Shown here: piece after piece, positions 9,841-22,194 of the stretch | Layout of the letters: each line of letters starts with the position of its first letter | Position numbering within the stretch: the stretch's first letter is position 1 | Source of the DNA: an uncultured Bacilli bacterium | GTDB lineage: Bacteria; Bacillota_I; Bacilli_A; RF39; UBA660 | DNA: 64,000 nt | NCBI GenBank assembly: GCA_934098435.1 | Contig: CAKOOV010000001.1 | Span: 118,185-182,184 of the forward strand | Reading direction: 5' to 3' | Notes under the pieces: generated by a model | Seen by the model: the letters and a program-made list of their open reading frames with translations, nothing else | Told to the model about the DNA's origin: nothing | Database searches by the model: none | Made by a program: the position numbers and the translations under genes

Positions 9841-9887
9841 AAGGAAAAAAAGATATGAAAAATATCTTGTTTTCCTTTTTTTTTTTC
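9841..9887 (+). terminator. Rho-independent terminator after the ComK-like gene
   Basis: About 16-bp imperfect stem AAGGAAAAAAAGATAT / ATATCTTGTTTTCCTT plus a long T-run. Confidence 0.7.
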
Positions 9888-9971
9888 TTTTTTTGTGGTA
9901 TAATTATATATGTATAGAGGAGTACGTAATTTTAGAAAAGGTGAAGCAATGGGCAAAAAAATGGTTTTAAA

Positions 9972-13017
<3,046 letters not shown>

Positions 13018-13024
13018 GAGGTTT

Positions 13025-15538
13025 ATGATGGAAGATAAGAATATAGATAAAAATTTAAATATAGAAGATATGGGAGAAGATAATAATCATGAGAGAGATA
13101 GAAAAGTAGCTGTTAATATTGTTGGTGAAATGAGGAAGTCTTTTCTTGATTATTCGATGAGTGTTATTGTTGCTAGAGCTCTTCCTGATGTTAGAGATGG
13201 TCTTAAGCCTGTTCATAGAAGAATTTTATATACTTTATATGAAGAGGGTATGACTCCTGATAAGAAATATCAGAAATCTGCTAATGCTGTTGGTGCTGTT
13301 ATGGGTCATTATCATCCACATGGTGATTCTGCTATTTATGAATCTATGGTAAGAATGGCACAAGATTTTACTTATCGACATACTCTTGTTGATGGACATG
13401 GTAATTTTGGCTCTATTGATGGTGATGGTGCTGCTGCTAGTCGTTATACTGAAGCTAGACTTGCTAAGATATCGATGGAACTTTTAAGAGATTTAAATAA
13501 GGATACTGTTGATTTTTCAGAAAATTATGATGGTCAGAGAAAGGAACCTGTTGTTTTGCCTAGTAGATTTCCTAATATATTAGTTAATGGTAATATGGGT
13601 ATTGCTGTTGGTATGGCTACTAATATTCCACCACATAACTTGGGTGAAGTTATTGATGGATGTGTTGCTTATATTGATAATCCAGATATTACTGTTACTG
13701 AACTTATGCAATATATTAAGGGACCTGATTTTCCTACTGCTGGTGTTATTCTTGGTAATAGTGGTATTAAAAGGGCGTACGAGAGCGGTAGAGGAGCTAT
13801 TACTATTAGAGGTATGGCTACTGTTGAAGAAGCTCATAATAAGCACAGAATCGTTATTACAGAGCTTCCATATCAAGTTAATAAGAAGGCTTTGATTCAA
13901 AGAATTGGTGAACTTGTTAGAGATAAGGTTATTGATGGTATTTCTAATTTAAGTGATGAATCGGCTTTAGAGGGTATTAAGATTGTTATTGATGTTAAGA
14001 AAGAGGCTAATGCTAATGTTGTTTTAAATAATTTATATAAGCATACACAGCTTCAAACTTCTTATGGTATTAATTTTTTAATGCTTGTTGATGGTAGTCC
14101 TAGAACTCTTGGTTTAAGAGAGATTATTGAGAAGTATATTGATCATCAGAAACATGTTATTTATCGTAGATGTCAATTTGATTTAAAGAGATATAAAGAT
14201 AGATTACATATATTAGATGGTTTAAAGATTGCTCTTGATAATATTGATAGAGTTATTAAGATTATTAGAGAGTCTGCTGATGACGATGAGGCTAAAGCTG
14301 GACTTATGTCTAATTTTGCTTTATCAGAGGTTCAATCTCAGGCTATTCTTGATATGAGATTAAAGAGACTTACTGGACTTGAAAAATCTAAGATTGAAGA
14401 AGAGATTGCTGAACTTGAAAAATTAGTTAAGGAATTAGAAGAAATATTAGCTAGTGAAGAGAAGATTCTTGATGTTATTAAGACTGAAATGCTTGAAATT
14501 AAAGATAAATATGCTGATGAGAGAAGAACACATATTGATATGACTGCTATTGATTATATTGAAGATGAATCTTTAATTCCTGTTGAGAATGTTGTTATTA
14601 CTTTAACTAATAAGGGGTATATTAAGAGATTACCTGCTGATACTTATAAAACTCAAAATAGAGGTGGTATGGGTGTTAAAGGTATGGCTACTAATGAAGA
14701 GGATTTTGTAGAGCATTTGATTAATGCTACTAGTCATGATTATATTCTTATGTTTACTAATAAGGGAAAGGTATATAGAATTAAGGGTTATGAGATTCCT
14801 GAATATAGTAGACAATCTAAGGGATTACCTATTATTAATTTATTATCTTTAGATAAAGATGAAAAGGTTACTTCTTTATTGAAAATATCTAATGATGATG
14901 AATACAAATGTTTAGTATTTGCTACTAAGAGTGGTTTAATTAAAAGGACTGATATATCTGAATTTGATAGTATTAGGACTAATGGTAAGAAGTTTATTAC
15001 TTTAAAAGATGATGATGAACTTGTATCTGTTAAAAAGACTACTGGTACTGATGAGATATTGATGGCTTCTTCTAATGGTAGAATGGTTAGATTTAATGAG
15101 GATGCTGTTAGAATTATGGGTAGAAGTGCTTCTGGTGTTAGGGGTATTAATCTAGATGATGGAATACTTGTTGGTATGGAGATTGTTGAACCTAATGAGT
15201 ATGTACTTGTTATTACTGAAAATGGTTATGGTAAGAAGACTCCTGTTGATGAATATAGAATTACTAATCGTGGTGGAAAAGGTGTAAAAACGGTTAATAT
15301 TACAGAAAAGAATGGTTCTATTGTGTCATTTAAGACTGTTGATGATAGTAAGGATTTAATGATTATTACTGATTCTGGTATTATTATTAGATTGGCTGTT
15401 GATAAGATATCTACGATGAGTAGAGTTACTCAAGGTGTTAAGCTTATTAATTTAAAAGAAGATAGTATTGTTAGTTCTACTGCTATTGTTGATAAGGAAA
15501 AAAATTATGATAATGATGATGAAAAGGAAAGTGAATAA
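13025..15538 (+). CDS. gyrA: DNA gyrase subunit A
   Basis: [36 protein letters not shown] and the active-site region [12 protein letters not shown]-terminal beta-pinwheel repeats. Confidence 0.97.
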   Translation: MMEDKNIDKNLNIEDMGEDNNHERDRKVAVNIVGEMRKSFLDYSMSVIVARALPDVRDGLKPVHRRILYTLYEEGMTPDKKYQKSANAVGAVMGHYHPHGDSAIYESMVRMAQDFTYRHTLVDGHGNFGSIDGDGAAASRYTEARLAKISMELLRDLNKDTVDFSENYDGQRKEPVVLPSRFPNILVNGNMGIAVGMATNIPPHNLGEVIDGCVAYIDNPDITVTELMQYIKGPDFPTAGVILGNSGIKRAYESGRGAITIRGMATVEEAHNKHRIVITELPYQVNKKALIQRIGELVRDKVIDGISNLSDESALEGIKIVIDVKKEANANVVLNNLYKHTQLQTSYGINFLMLVDGSPRTLGLREIIEKYIDHQKHVIYRRCQFDLKRYKDRLHILDGLKIALDNIDRVIKIIRESADDDEAKAGLMSNFALSEVQSQAILDMRLKRLTGLEKSKIEEEIAELEKLVKELEEILASEEKILDVIKTEMLEIKDKYADERRTHIDMTAIDYIEDESLIPVENVVITLTNKGYIKRLPADTYKTQNRGGMGVKGMATNEEDFVEHLINATSHDYILMFTNKGKVYRIKGYEIPEYSRQSKGLPIINLLSLDKDEKVTSLLKISNDDEYKCLVFATKSGLIKRTDISEFDSIRTNGKKFITLKDDDELVSVKKTTGTDEILMASSNGRMVRFNEDAVRIMGRSASGVRGINLDDGILVGMEIVEPNEYVLVITENGYGKKTPVDEYRITNRGGKGVKTVNITEKNGSIVSFKTVDDSKDLMIITDSGIIIRLAVDKISTMSRVTQGVKLINLKEDSIVSSTAIVDKEKNYDNDDEKESE

Positions 15539-15646
15539 TATATTTGCTTTCTTTTATTTTATGTATTTATATAATAATTTAAATACATTTGTTCGTTTGT
15601 TTTAATATATTTTATTTACTTGTTGATAGATAATTATTTATTTTAA

Positions 15647-15675
15647 TTGCATTTCTTTTAATTTTATTGTAAAAT
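15647..15675 (+). promoter_or_regulatory. Promoter of the SRP RNA gene
   Basis: TTGCAT, 17 nt, TG-TAAAAT (extended -10). A G lies about 7 nt downstream at 15682. Confidence 0.55.
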
Positions 15676-15681
15676 GATATT

Positions 15682-15760
15682 GATACAACGTTAATTGATG
15701 GAACCAAGTCAGGGGCGGAAGCCAGCAGCTTTAACATTACATTGGCGTGTGTATCTTTTT
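15682..15760 (+). ncRNA. ffs: Signal recognition particle RNA, short (4.5S-like) hairpin form
   Basis: Conserved domain IV core GTCAGGGGC-GGAA-GCCAGCAGC (compare E. coli GUCAGGUCC-GGAA-GGAAGCAGC). The 5' GATACA.ACGTTAAT pairs with the 3' ATTGGCGT.TGTATC. A T10 run follows directly. The position upstream of tadA/dnaX matches B. subtilis scr. Confidence 0.8.
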
Positions 15761-15826
15761 TTTTTATATTCTATATGTGATTCACTTTTCTTTATTGATT
15801 ATTAAAATTAGAATATTTTTAAATCA

Positions 15827-15842
15827 TGTTTCATGTGAAACA
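15827..15842. other. Degenerate parS-like site (TGTTTCATGTGAAACA), inside a longer 13-bp-arm inverted repeat
   Basis: One mismatch to TGTTTCACGTGAAACA. Arms AAATCATGTTTCA / TGAAACATGATTT span 15821-15848. No adjacent DnaA box. Confidence 0.4.
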
Positions 15843-15932
15843 TGATTTTTTATTACTTTATTATAATATAATCATATGTATTTATATTTATTAATATTAT
15901 TTTTTGTTTTTATTTGTAAGATTACTATTTAA

Positions 15933-15960
15933 TGTTTCACGTGGAACGTAGCTGTTAATA
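15933..15960. other. Decayed parS + DnaA-box module
   Basis: TGTTTCACGTGGAACG has one mismatch to the degenerate consensus TGTTTCACGTGNAACA. It is followed by TA-GCTGTTAATA, where the other copies have AG-TTATCAACA. Confidence 0.5.
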
Positions 15961-16071
15961 GTTTTATTATTATTAATTAATTAATTTTGTATTTATAAAA
16001 TATATGACTATGATATTTAATTGTAGTTTAGTGAAAAAATTATTAACATTCTTAATAATAATTTTTTATTA

Positions 16072-16099
16072 TGTTTCACGTGAAACATAGTTATCAACA
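16072..16099. other. parS (perfect 16-mer) + 3 bp (TAG; 2 bp after the 18-mer palindrome) + DnaA box TTATCAACA
   Basis: TGTTTCACGTGAAACA at 16072-16087 (the 18-bp palindrome ATGTTTCACGTGAAACAT spans 16071-16088), then AG, then TTATCAACA at 16091-16099. Confidence 0.85.
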
Positions 16100-16282
16100 A
16101 TTTTTTGTTTATTATTATTTTTATATCATAAATATTAATATGTTTTATTAGATTTTAAATAATAAAATTTTATATTTATTTTTTTACAAAATTTAAAAAT
16201 TATTCTTATTTAATATTTTTTTTAATAAGAATAATAATGTTTAATATTATTTTTTGCTTTTATTTGTTAGATTACTATTTAA

Positions 16283-16310
16283 TGTTTCACGTGAAACATA
16301 GTTATCAACA
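16283..16310. other. parS (perfect 16-mer) + DnaA box TTATCAACA
   Basis: TGTTTCACGTGAAACA at 16283-16298, then T-AG, then TTATCAACA at 16302-16310. Confidence 0.85.
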
Positions 16311-16363
16311 GTTTCTTGTTTATTATTATTTTTATATTATAAATATTAATATATTTTTTATTA

Positions 16364-16391
16364 TGTTTCACGTGAAACATAGTTATCCACA
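16364..16391. other. parS (perfect 16-mer) + consensus DnaA box TTATCCACA
   Basis: TGTTTCACGTGAAACA at 16364-16379, then T-AG, then TTATCCACA at 16383-16391. This is the only perfect canonical DnaA box I found in the window. Confidence 0.85.
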
Positions 16392-16488
16392 AAATTATTA
16401 ATATATTTTAAAGATTTGTATTGATTAAATGTATATTTATATGTTAATATTGTTATTAATTTGAATCAAATTAGTGATGGTGATATTG

Positions 16489-16914
16489 ATGAATGAAAGT
16501 TTTATGATAATTGCTATAGAAGAGGCAAGAATTGCTTACAAAAATGATGAAATACCTGTTGGATGTGCTATCTTTTATAATGGTAAGTTGGTTTCAAAAG
16601 CTCATAATTGTCGTGAGAAGACAAATAATAGCATTATGCATGCTGAAATTGTTGCTATTAGTGATGCTTGTGAAAAACTTTGTAGTTGGAGACTTAATAA
16701 TTGTGTTTTATATGTCACTTTGGAGCCTTGTATGATGTGTATGGGTGCTATTATTGAAAGTCGTATAAAAAAAGTTTATTTTGGAACTAAAAATAATAGC
16801 GAACAAATGTATGATGCAAATGCTATTAAGAAAGCAGTGAATGCTGAATTTGTTGATAACAAAGAATGTTCTAAATTATTATCTGATTTTTTTAAAAATA
16901 AGAGAAAAAAATAA
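16489..16914 (+). CDS. tadA: tRNA adenosine(34) deaminase TadA
   Basis: CDA zinc motifs HAE(IVAI) and PCMMCMGA. About 141 aa. The ATG at 16489 follows GGTGA. Confidence 0.85.
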   Translation: MNESFMIIAIEEARIAYKNDEIPVGCAIFYNGKLVSKAHNCREKTNNSIMHAEIVAISDACEKLCSWRLNNCVLYVTLEPCMMCMGAIIESRIKKVYFGTKNNSEQMYDANAIKKAVNAEFVDNKECSKLLSDFFKNKRKK

Positions 16915-16969
16915 TTATTTCTCTTGTTTTTATGTTATAATATAGGCAGTGGAGGTTGATTTTGTTTAT

Positions 16970-18634
16970 ATGAGTTATTTGGCTTTATATCGTAAATATA
17001 GACCTATCGATTTTGATGATGTATATGGTCAAGAAGAAGTTGTAACTGTTATAAAAAATGCTATTGCTAATGGTAAAGTATCTCATGCCTATCTTTTTAG
17101 TGGTCCTAGAGGAACTGGTAAAACTACTGTAGCTAAAATAATTGCTAGACTTGTTAATTGTGAACATTTAGTTGATTCTAAGCCTTGTGGTAAATGTTAT
17201 AATTGTTTAAATTTTAACAATAGTAATGATATTGTTGAAATAGATGCAGCTTCAAATAATGGTGTTGATGAAATTAGAGAACTTAGGGATAAAATTAATT
17301 TGGTTCCTAGTAGTGCTAAATATAAAGTTTATATTATTGATGAGGTTCATATGCTTACTAATCAGGCTTTTAATGCTTTATTGAAAACTTTAGAGGAGCC
17401 TCCTAGTCACGTTATTTTTATTTTGGCGACTACAGAACCTTCTAAAATTCCACTTACTATTTCATCAAGGTGTCAAAAATTTAGATTTTCTAAGATTAGT
17501 GATAATAAAATTGTTGATAGATTAAAAGATATAGTAAAATTGGAAGATATTAATATTGATAATGATGCTTTATTTGAAATAGCAAGGCTTTCCGATGGTG
17601 GTATGAGGGATTCTATTAATATGTTAGATCAACTTATTTCTTATAGTAATTCTAAAATTACTTTAAATGACGTTTATGATGTTAATGGTTCTGTTTCCTA
17701 TGATGAATTATTTACTTTAATTAATGATATATATAATAATGATAAAGTTGATATTATTGATTTTGTTGATAATTTGGATAACGAAGGGAAAGAAATTATT
17801 AAATTCCTTCAAGAATTATTGATTTTTTTAAAAGACGTTATTTTATATAAAAATGCAAAGATATTATCTAATGTTGAAATAAAAAATGATTATATTATTA
17901 AAGTTTCAAAATTATATAGTGATAATTTGTTGTATGACTTGATTGAAAATTTAAATGATATTCAAACTACAATAAAATCTTCTACGCATGGTAGTATTGT
18001 ATTTATGACTTTTATTCTTAAATTTTCAGATGCAATATACAAAAAGAGTGATAATAATAATATAAAAATTGATGGAACTGTAGAAAAAAATGAAAACAAT
18101 GCTGTAGAAAATAATAAAAATGAGAAAAATATTTCCCGGGAAATAAAAAAAGTGGATAATATTCAAAAAATGTCTGATGATGAAATAAATGTGAGGGTAA
18201 ATAATGCACTTGCTACAGCTTCAAAGGATGTTTTAAATAAAGTTAAAAATAATTGGTCTTTGATAGATGATTATTTAACTGATGAAAAATTTTCGGTTGT
18301 TTCTGGATTGTTAAAAGACTTTGTGCCTGTTGTTGCTTCTGAGAAATATATTATTGTTGCTATCGATTTAAATTCAATGGTTGATAGAGTTAATGATGAT
18401 ATTATTGAGGTTGAAACATTTTTTAGGAAATTATTTGATTTTAATATTTCTGCTGTTGCTATTACTAATGTTCGTTGGCAAGCCGAAAAAAATAAATATG
18501 TTAGTAATATTAAAAAAGGTATTAAGTATTCTGTTAAAGAAATGCATAAAAGTAATGTTGATGAGATAAAAAATAATAATCCTGTTGATGAATTGATTGA
18601 TTTATTAGGGGATAGTGTAATAGAATATAAATAG
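16970..18634 (+). CDS. dnaX: DNA polymerase III subunit gamma/tau
   Basis: MSYLALYRKYRP, GPRGTGKTT, IIDEVHML, LKTLEEPP and SRCQKF. Confidence 0.93.
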   Translation: MSYLALYRKYRPIDFDDVYGQEEVVTVIKNAIANGKVSHAYLFSGPRGTGKTTVAKIIARLVNCEHLVDSKPCGKCYNCLNFNNSNDIVEIDAASNNGVDEIRELRDKINLVPSSAKYKVYIIDEVHMLTNQAFNALLKTLEEPPSHVIFILATTEPSKIPLTISSRCQKFRFSKISDNKIVDRLKDIVKLEDINIDNDALFEIARLSDGGMRDSINMLDQLISYSNSKITLNDVYDVNGSVSYDELFTLINDIYNNDKVDIIDFVDNLDNEGKEIIKFLQELLIFLKDVILYKNAKILSNVEIKNDYIIKVSKLYSDNLLYDLIENLNDIQTTIKSSTHGSIVFMTFILKFSDAIYKKSDNNNIKIDGTVEKNENNAVENNKNEKNISREIKKVDNIQKMSDDEINVRVNNALATASKDVLNKVKNNWSLIDDYLTDEKFSVVSGLLKDFVPVVASEKYIIVAIDLNSMVDRVNDDIIEVETFFRKLFDFNISAVAITNVRWQAEKNKYVSNIKKGIKYSVKEMHKSNVDEIKNNNPVDELIDLLGDSVIEYK

Positions 18635-18648
18635 AGAGGATGATTTAA

Positions 18649-18945
18649 ATGAATATGCAAAATTTAATGATGCAAGCAAAAAAAATGCAAAAAGATATTG
18701 AAAAAGCTCAGACTGAGTTGGAATCTAAAAAATATGAAGGAAAATCTCAAATGGTCACTGCTGTTATCAGTGGTAAAGGAAAACTTATTTCTTTAAATAT
18801 TGATATGAATGATTTTTCTTCTGATGATAAGGAAATTATTGAGGATATGATTTTAGTAGCAGTTAATAGTGCAATTGAAAAGATGGAAGCTGATAAGGCT
18901 GATAAATTTGGTAAATATGGCCAAATGTTTAATGGTTTGATGTAA
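18649..18945 (+). CDS. ybaB: YbaB/EbfC nucleoid-associated protein
   Basis: 98 aa, MQNLMMQAKKMQKDIEKAQ, and the canonical position between dnaX and recR. Confidence 0.85.
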   Translation: MNMQNLMMQAKKMQKDIEKAQTELESKKYEGKSQMVTAVISGKGKLISLNIDMNDFSSDDKEIIEDMILVAVNSAIEKMEADKADKFGKYGQMFNGLM

Positions 18946-18946
18946 A

Positions 18947-19540
18947 ATGTATCCTAAATGTATTAGAAATATAATTGACTGCTTTAAGGATTTGCCTGGT
19001 ATAGGAGAAAAAACTGCGGAAAGACTTGCTTTTTCTTTGATTAGTTTTAATAAAGAAAAACTTACTTCTTTTTCTGATGCTATTATAGATATTAGGGATA
19101 AGATTACTACTTGTGAAATTTGCGGTAATATTGCTGATTCTGATATTTGTAGTATTTGTTCAGATAAAGAAAGAAATAGTAATATAATTTTTGTTGTAGA
19201 AAAGGCAAAAGATATTTCCTTGTTTGAAAAGATTAATATTTATAATGGTAAGTATCATGTTCTTGGTGGTCTTATTTCTCCTTTAGATGGTATTGGACCT
19301 GATGATATTAATATTAATAAATTAATCGATAGGGTAGATAAGGAATCTATTAATGAAATTATTATGGCACTAAAACCTTCTATAGAAGGAGAAACTACTA
19401 TGCAATATATTAAAAAGATATTAGAAAATAAGAATATTAAGGTTACTAGAATTGCTACTGGTATTCCTATGGGAACTGATATTGAATATATAGATGCAAT
19501 GACGCTAGAATTTGCTTTAGAAGGTAGAAAAGACATATAA
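18947..19540 (+). CDS. recR: Recombination protein RecR
   Basis: LPGIGEKTAERLAF (HhH), a C4 zinc finger CEICGN...CSIC and a Toprim domain. Confidence 0.93.
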   Translation: MYPKCIRNIIDCFKDLPGIGEKTAERLAFSLISFNKEKLTSFSDAIIDIRDKITTCEICGNIADSDICSICSDKERNSNIIFVVEKAKDISLFEKINIYNGKYHVLGGLISPLDGIGPDDININKLIDRVDKESINEIIMALKPSIEGETTMQYIKKILENKNIKVTRIATGIPMGTDIEYIDAMTLEFALEGRKDI

Positions 19541-19569
19541 AATTTATAATATCATATATTTTAGTGGTG

Positions 19570-19767
19570 ATGTTTATTATGTTTTCTAAAATTATCTGGT
19601 TTATAAAAAAAATTATTTTTGGTATTTTGTTTATTTATGCTTTTAATATTGTTGTATTTCCTTTAAATGTTATATTACCTATTAATATTTTTAACGTTAT
19701 GTTAACTGCTTTTTTAGGTTTTCCTTTTATTTTAATGTTTTGTTTATTTTCATTATTTATTTTTTAG
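19570..19767 (+). CDS. bofA: BofA-family small membrane protein (pro-sigma-K processing inhibitor family)
   Basis: Two hydrophobic segments. LPINIFNVMLTAFLGFPF resembles B. subtilis BofA VPINLVTTAISGILGIPG. It has the same post-recR position as in Bacillus. The start codon is ambiguous (19564, 19570 or 19579). Confidence 0.5.
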   Translation: MFIMFSKIIWFIKKIIFGILFIYAFNIVVFPLNVILPINIFNVMLTAFLGFPFILMFCLFSLFIF

Positions 19768-19778
19768 GTGGTGATTTG

Positions 19779-20708
19779 ATGTTAGATATTTATAAAAATG
19801 GACAGGCTATTGCCTATAATACTATGATGAATGCTATAAATAATAATAAACTTTCACATGCGTATTTGTTTAATTCTAATGGCAATCCTGATGTTATGGA
19901 TATTGTTTTGTCTTTTGTTAAATCGATTGTTTGCTTGGAATATGATGATGAAAGTAGTGCTATTAAAGTATGCATGAGAATAGATGAAGGAAACTATTTA
20001 GATGTTATGGTTATTGAGCCTGATGGACTTTGGATTAAAAAAAATCAGATAATTGATTTACAAAATGAATTTAGCAAAAAGGCTGTAGAAGGAAGAAAAA
20101 AAATATATATTATTAAATCTGCTGATAAAATGAATGTTCAAACTGCAAATTCTATTCTGAAATTTTTGGAGGAGCCTGTTGACGACATTATAGCTATTTT
20201 GATTGTTGATAATATTAATTTGGTTTTACCAACTATTCTTTCTAGATGTCAAATTATTAAACTTAATAAGAAAAAATTGTCAGATTATTCTAATGACAAC
20301 TTTCGTTATTTGTTTAATAATGGTAAATATTTTGATAATGATAAAATTAGTAATATTATCGAATGTGTTATTAATTTCATATGTTATATTGAAAAAAATG
20401 GTATGGATGCTATGATTTATACTAGAAAATTATGGCATAATAATTTTAAAGATAGAGAAGATAATATTATGGCAGTTGAACTTATGATTAATTTCTATTT
20501 TGATGTTATTAAATATATAGCTAATGGTAAAATTGATTTTTACCGTGATAAAACTTCTGATGTTTGTAACATAGCTAATTTTAATTCTATTGAAAGTGTA
20601 GCAAATAAAATTGAAATACTTGATAATGTAAAAAATAATTTGAAAAAAAATTTGAATATTAATTTGATTATAGATAAAATGATTATAGATATGTGTGGTG
20701 ATTATTAA
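19779..20708 (+). CDS. holB: DNA polymerase III subunit delta prime
   Basis: LSHAYLF, ANSILKFLEEP and PTILSRCQ. The ATG at 19779 follows AGGTGG. Confidence 0.8.
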   Translation: MLDIYKNGQAIAYNTMMNAINNNKLSHAYLFNSNGNPDVMDIVLSFVKSIVCLEYDDESSAIKVCMRIDEGNYLDVMVIEPDGLWIKKNQIIDLQNEFSKKAVEGRKKIYIIKSADKMNVQTANSILKFLEEPVDDIIAILIVDNINLVLPTILSRCQIIKLNKKKLSDYSNDNFRYLFNNGKYFDNDKISNIIECVINFICYIEKNGMDAMIYTRKLWHNNFKDREDNIMAVELMINFYFDVIKYIANGKIDFYRDKTSDVCNIANFNSIESVANKIEILDNVKNNLKKNLNINLIIDKMIIDMCGDY

Positions 20709-21484
20709 TGAAAGTAGTTGGTGTAAAAATTAATGAAAATGGAAAAATTTTATATTATGATTCTAATGATCTTAATTTAAAAATTAATTTAATGGTAATT
20801 GTTCTTGATGAAAGAGGATTACAAATTGCTAGAGTTATTGATTTTATGGATGTTCCTGAAAATTCTGATTATGAGAAAATTGTTAGGATTGCTACTAAAA
20901 AGGACTATCTTCAATATTTAAAAAATATTGAAGCTGCTAAAGTTGCTTTAGAAAAATGTAGATCTATTGTAATGAAAAACAATTTGAATATGAATATTAT
21001 TGATGCTACATATAATTTTGATAAAAGTCAGTTATTATTTAGATTTTTGTCTGATGAAAGAGTTGATTTTAGAAATTTGGCAAAAGAATTGGGAGCAAAA
21101 CTTAGAACTAGAATAGAACTTAGGCAGATAGGAATTAGAGATAAGGCGAAGGAAATAGGTGGTATTGGTCCTTGTGGACGTTTTTTATGCTGTAGCACTT
21201 TTCTTACTAATTTTGATACTGTTTCTATTAGTATGGCAAAAAATCAAGGACTAGCTCTTAATCCTACTAAAATTAATGGTGTTTGTGGTAGACTTTTGTG
21301 TTGTTTAAATTACGAGAATGAGCAATATTTGGATGCTAAAAAAGATATTCCAGATGTTGGTAAAAAGGTTATAATTAATGGCAAAGAAGGAAAAGTAATT
21401 ACTTCAGCACCACTTTTACATAAATATAAAATCTTAGTTGATGATGAATTGATTGAAGTTGATAAAAATGATAGTACGAAATAG
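20708..21484 (+). CDS. ricT: PSP1-domain protein YaaT/RicT
   Basis: PSP1 C-terminal features including the Cys-rich GPCGRFLCCSTFL and CGRLLCCLNYE. Position after holB as in Bacillus. Confidence 0.85.
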   Translation: MKVVGVKINENGKILYYDSNDLNLKINLMVIVLDERGLQIARVIDFMDVPENSDYEKIVRIATKKDYLQYLKNIEAAKVALEKCRSIVMKNNLNMNIIDATYNFDKSQLLFRFLSDERVDFRNLAKELGAKLRTRIELRQIGIRDKAKEIGGIGPCGRFLCCSTFLTNFDTVSISMAKNQGLALNPTKINGVCGRLLCCLNYENEQYLDAKKDIPDVGKKVIINGKEGKVITSAPLLHKYKILVDDELIEVDKNDSTK

Positions 21485-22190
21485 ACTTTTAAATTATGCT
21501 GATAGTTATATTTTTCAAGATACTGATTATTTTAAGTTCTCTTTAGATTCTGTTCTACTTGCTAATTTTGTTACTATTAATAAAAGAGATAAAATGTTAC
21601 TTGATATTGCTACAGGAAATGCTCCTATTCCTATGTTGTTATCTTTTAGGACTAATGCTAAAATATATGGTGTAGAAATTCAAAAAGTTATTTATAATTT
21701 GGGAGTTATTTCTATTAACGAAAATAATATGAAAGATCAAATTAAGCTTATTAATGATGATGCAAAAAGTTTGGTTAATATGTTTGATTCTGATACGTTT
21801 GATGTTATTACTTGTAATCCGCCTTATTTTAAAACTAATGATAATAGATTTAAAAATAATAACTCTGTTAAATCTTTGGCAAGACATGAAGATACACTTA
21901 AATTGGAAGATGTTTTTGCTATTAGTAGAAAGTTATTAAAAAACAATGGTAGAATAGCTATAGTTCATAGAACTGAAAGATTGGTTGAAATTTTAAATGT
22001 TATGAATAAATATAATCTTGAACCTAAAAAGATTAGATTTATTTATTCAAAAATTAATAAAAAAAGTGAATTGTTTTTGATTGAAGGTATAAAAAACGGT
22101 AAACCTGGTTTGAAATTATTACCACCATTAATTATTTATGATGAAAATGGTAATTATACTGATGAGGTTAATTTTATGTTTGGAGAGTGA
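21468..22190 (+). CDS. Class I SAM-dependent methyltransferase, YabB/TrmN6-like (tRNA m6A37 family)
   Basis: LLDIATGNAPIP (SAM motif I) and the CNPPYF catalytic motif. Syntenic with B. subtilis yabB. Confidence 0.7.
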   Translation: MIVRNRLLNYADSYIFQDTDYFKFSLDSVLLANFVTINKRDKMLLDIATGNAPIPMLLSFRTNAKIYGVEIQKVIYNLGVISINENNMKDQIKLINDDAKSLVNMFDSDTFDVITCNPPYFKTNDNRFKNNNSVKSLARHEDTLKLEDVFAISRKLLKNNGRIAIVHRTERLVEILNVMNKYNLEPKKIRFIYSKINKKSELFLIEGIKNGKPGLKLLPPLIIYDENGNYTDEVNFMFGE

Positions 22191-22194
22191 TTAT

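Larger units (their letters stand above)
15821..16391. repeat. Non-coding array of parS-like palindromes fused to DnaA boxes, embedded in longer direct repeats
   Basis: Five TGTTTCA(C/T)GTG(A/G)AAC(A/G) sites. Repeat 15891-15963 matches 16241-16313 (about 8 mismatches over 73 bp). Repeat 16072-16141 matches 16283-16352 (about 4 mismatches over 70 bp). Repeat 16062-16095 equals 16354-16387. No ORF of 60 aa or more. Confidence 0.9.

Noticed and set aside
15821-15848. 13-bp-arm inverted repeat followed by Ts, considered as the ffs terminator.
   Set aside because: The SRP RNA hairpin already ends in a T10 run at 15756-65, about 60 bp upstream. The 2-nt loop is too small for a simple hairpin. The core is one mismatch from parS, so it is more likely a decayed member of the array, though this remains ambiguous.
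15821-16391. Repeat array considered as a CRISPR locus or a MITE-type mobile element.
   Set aside because: Repeat spacing is irregular (106, 139, 211 and 81 bp). The spacers are themselves part of longer duplicated segments. The repeat is a perfect palindrome matching parS, and no cas, transposase or terminal inverted-repeat structure was seen.
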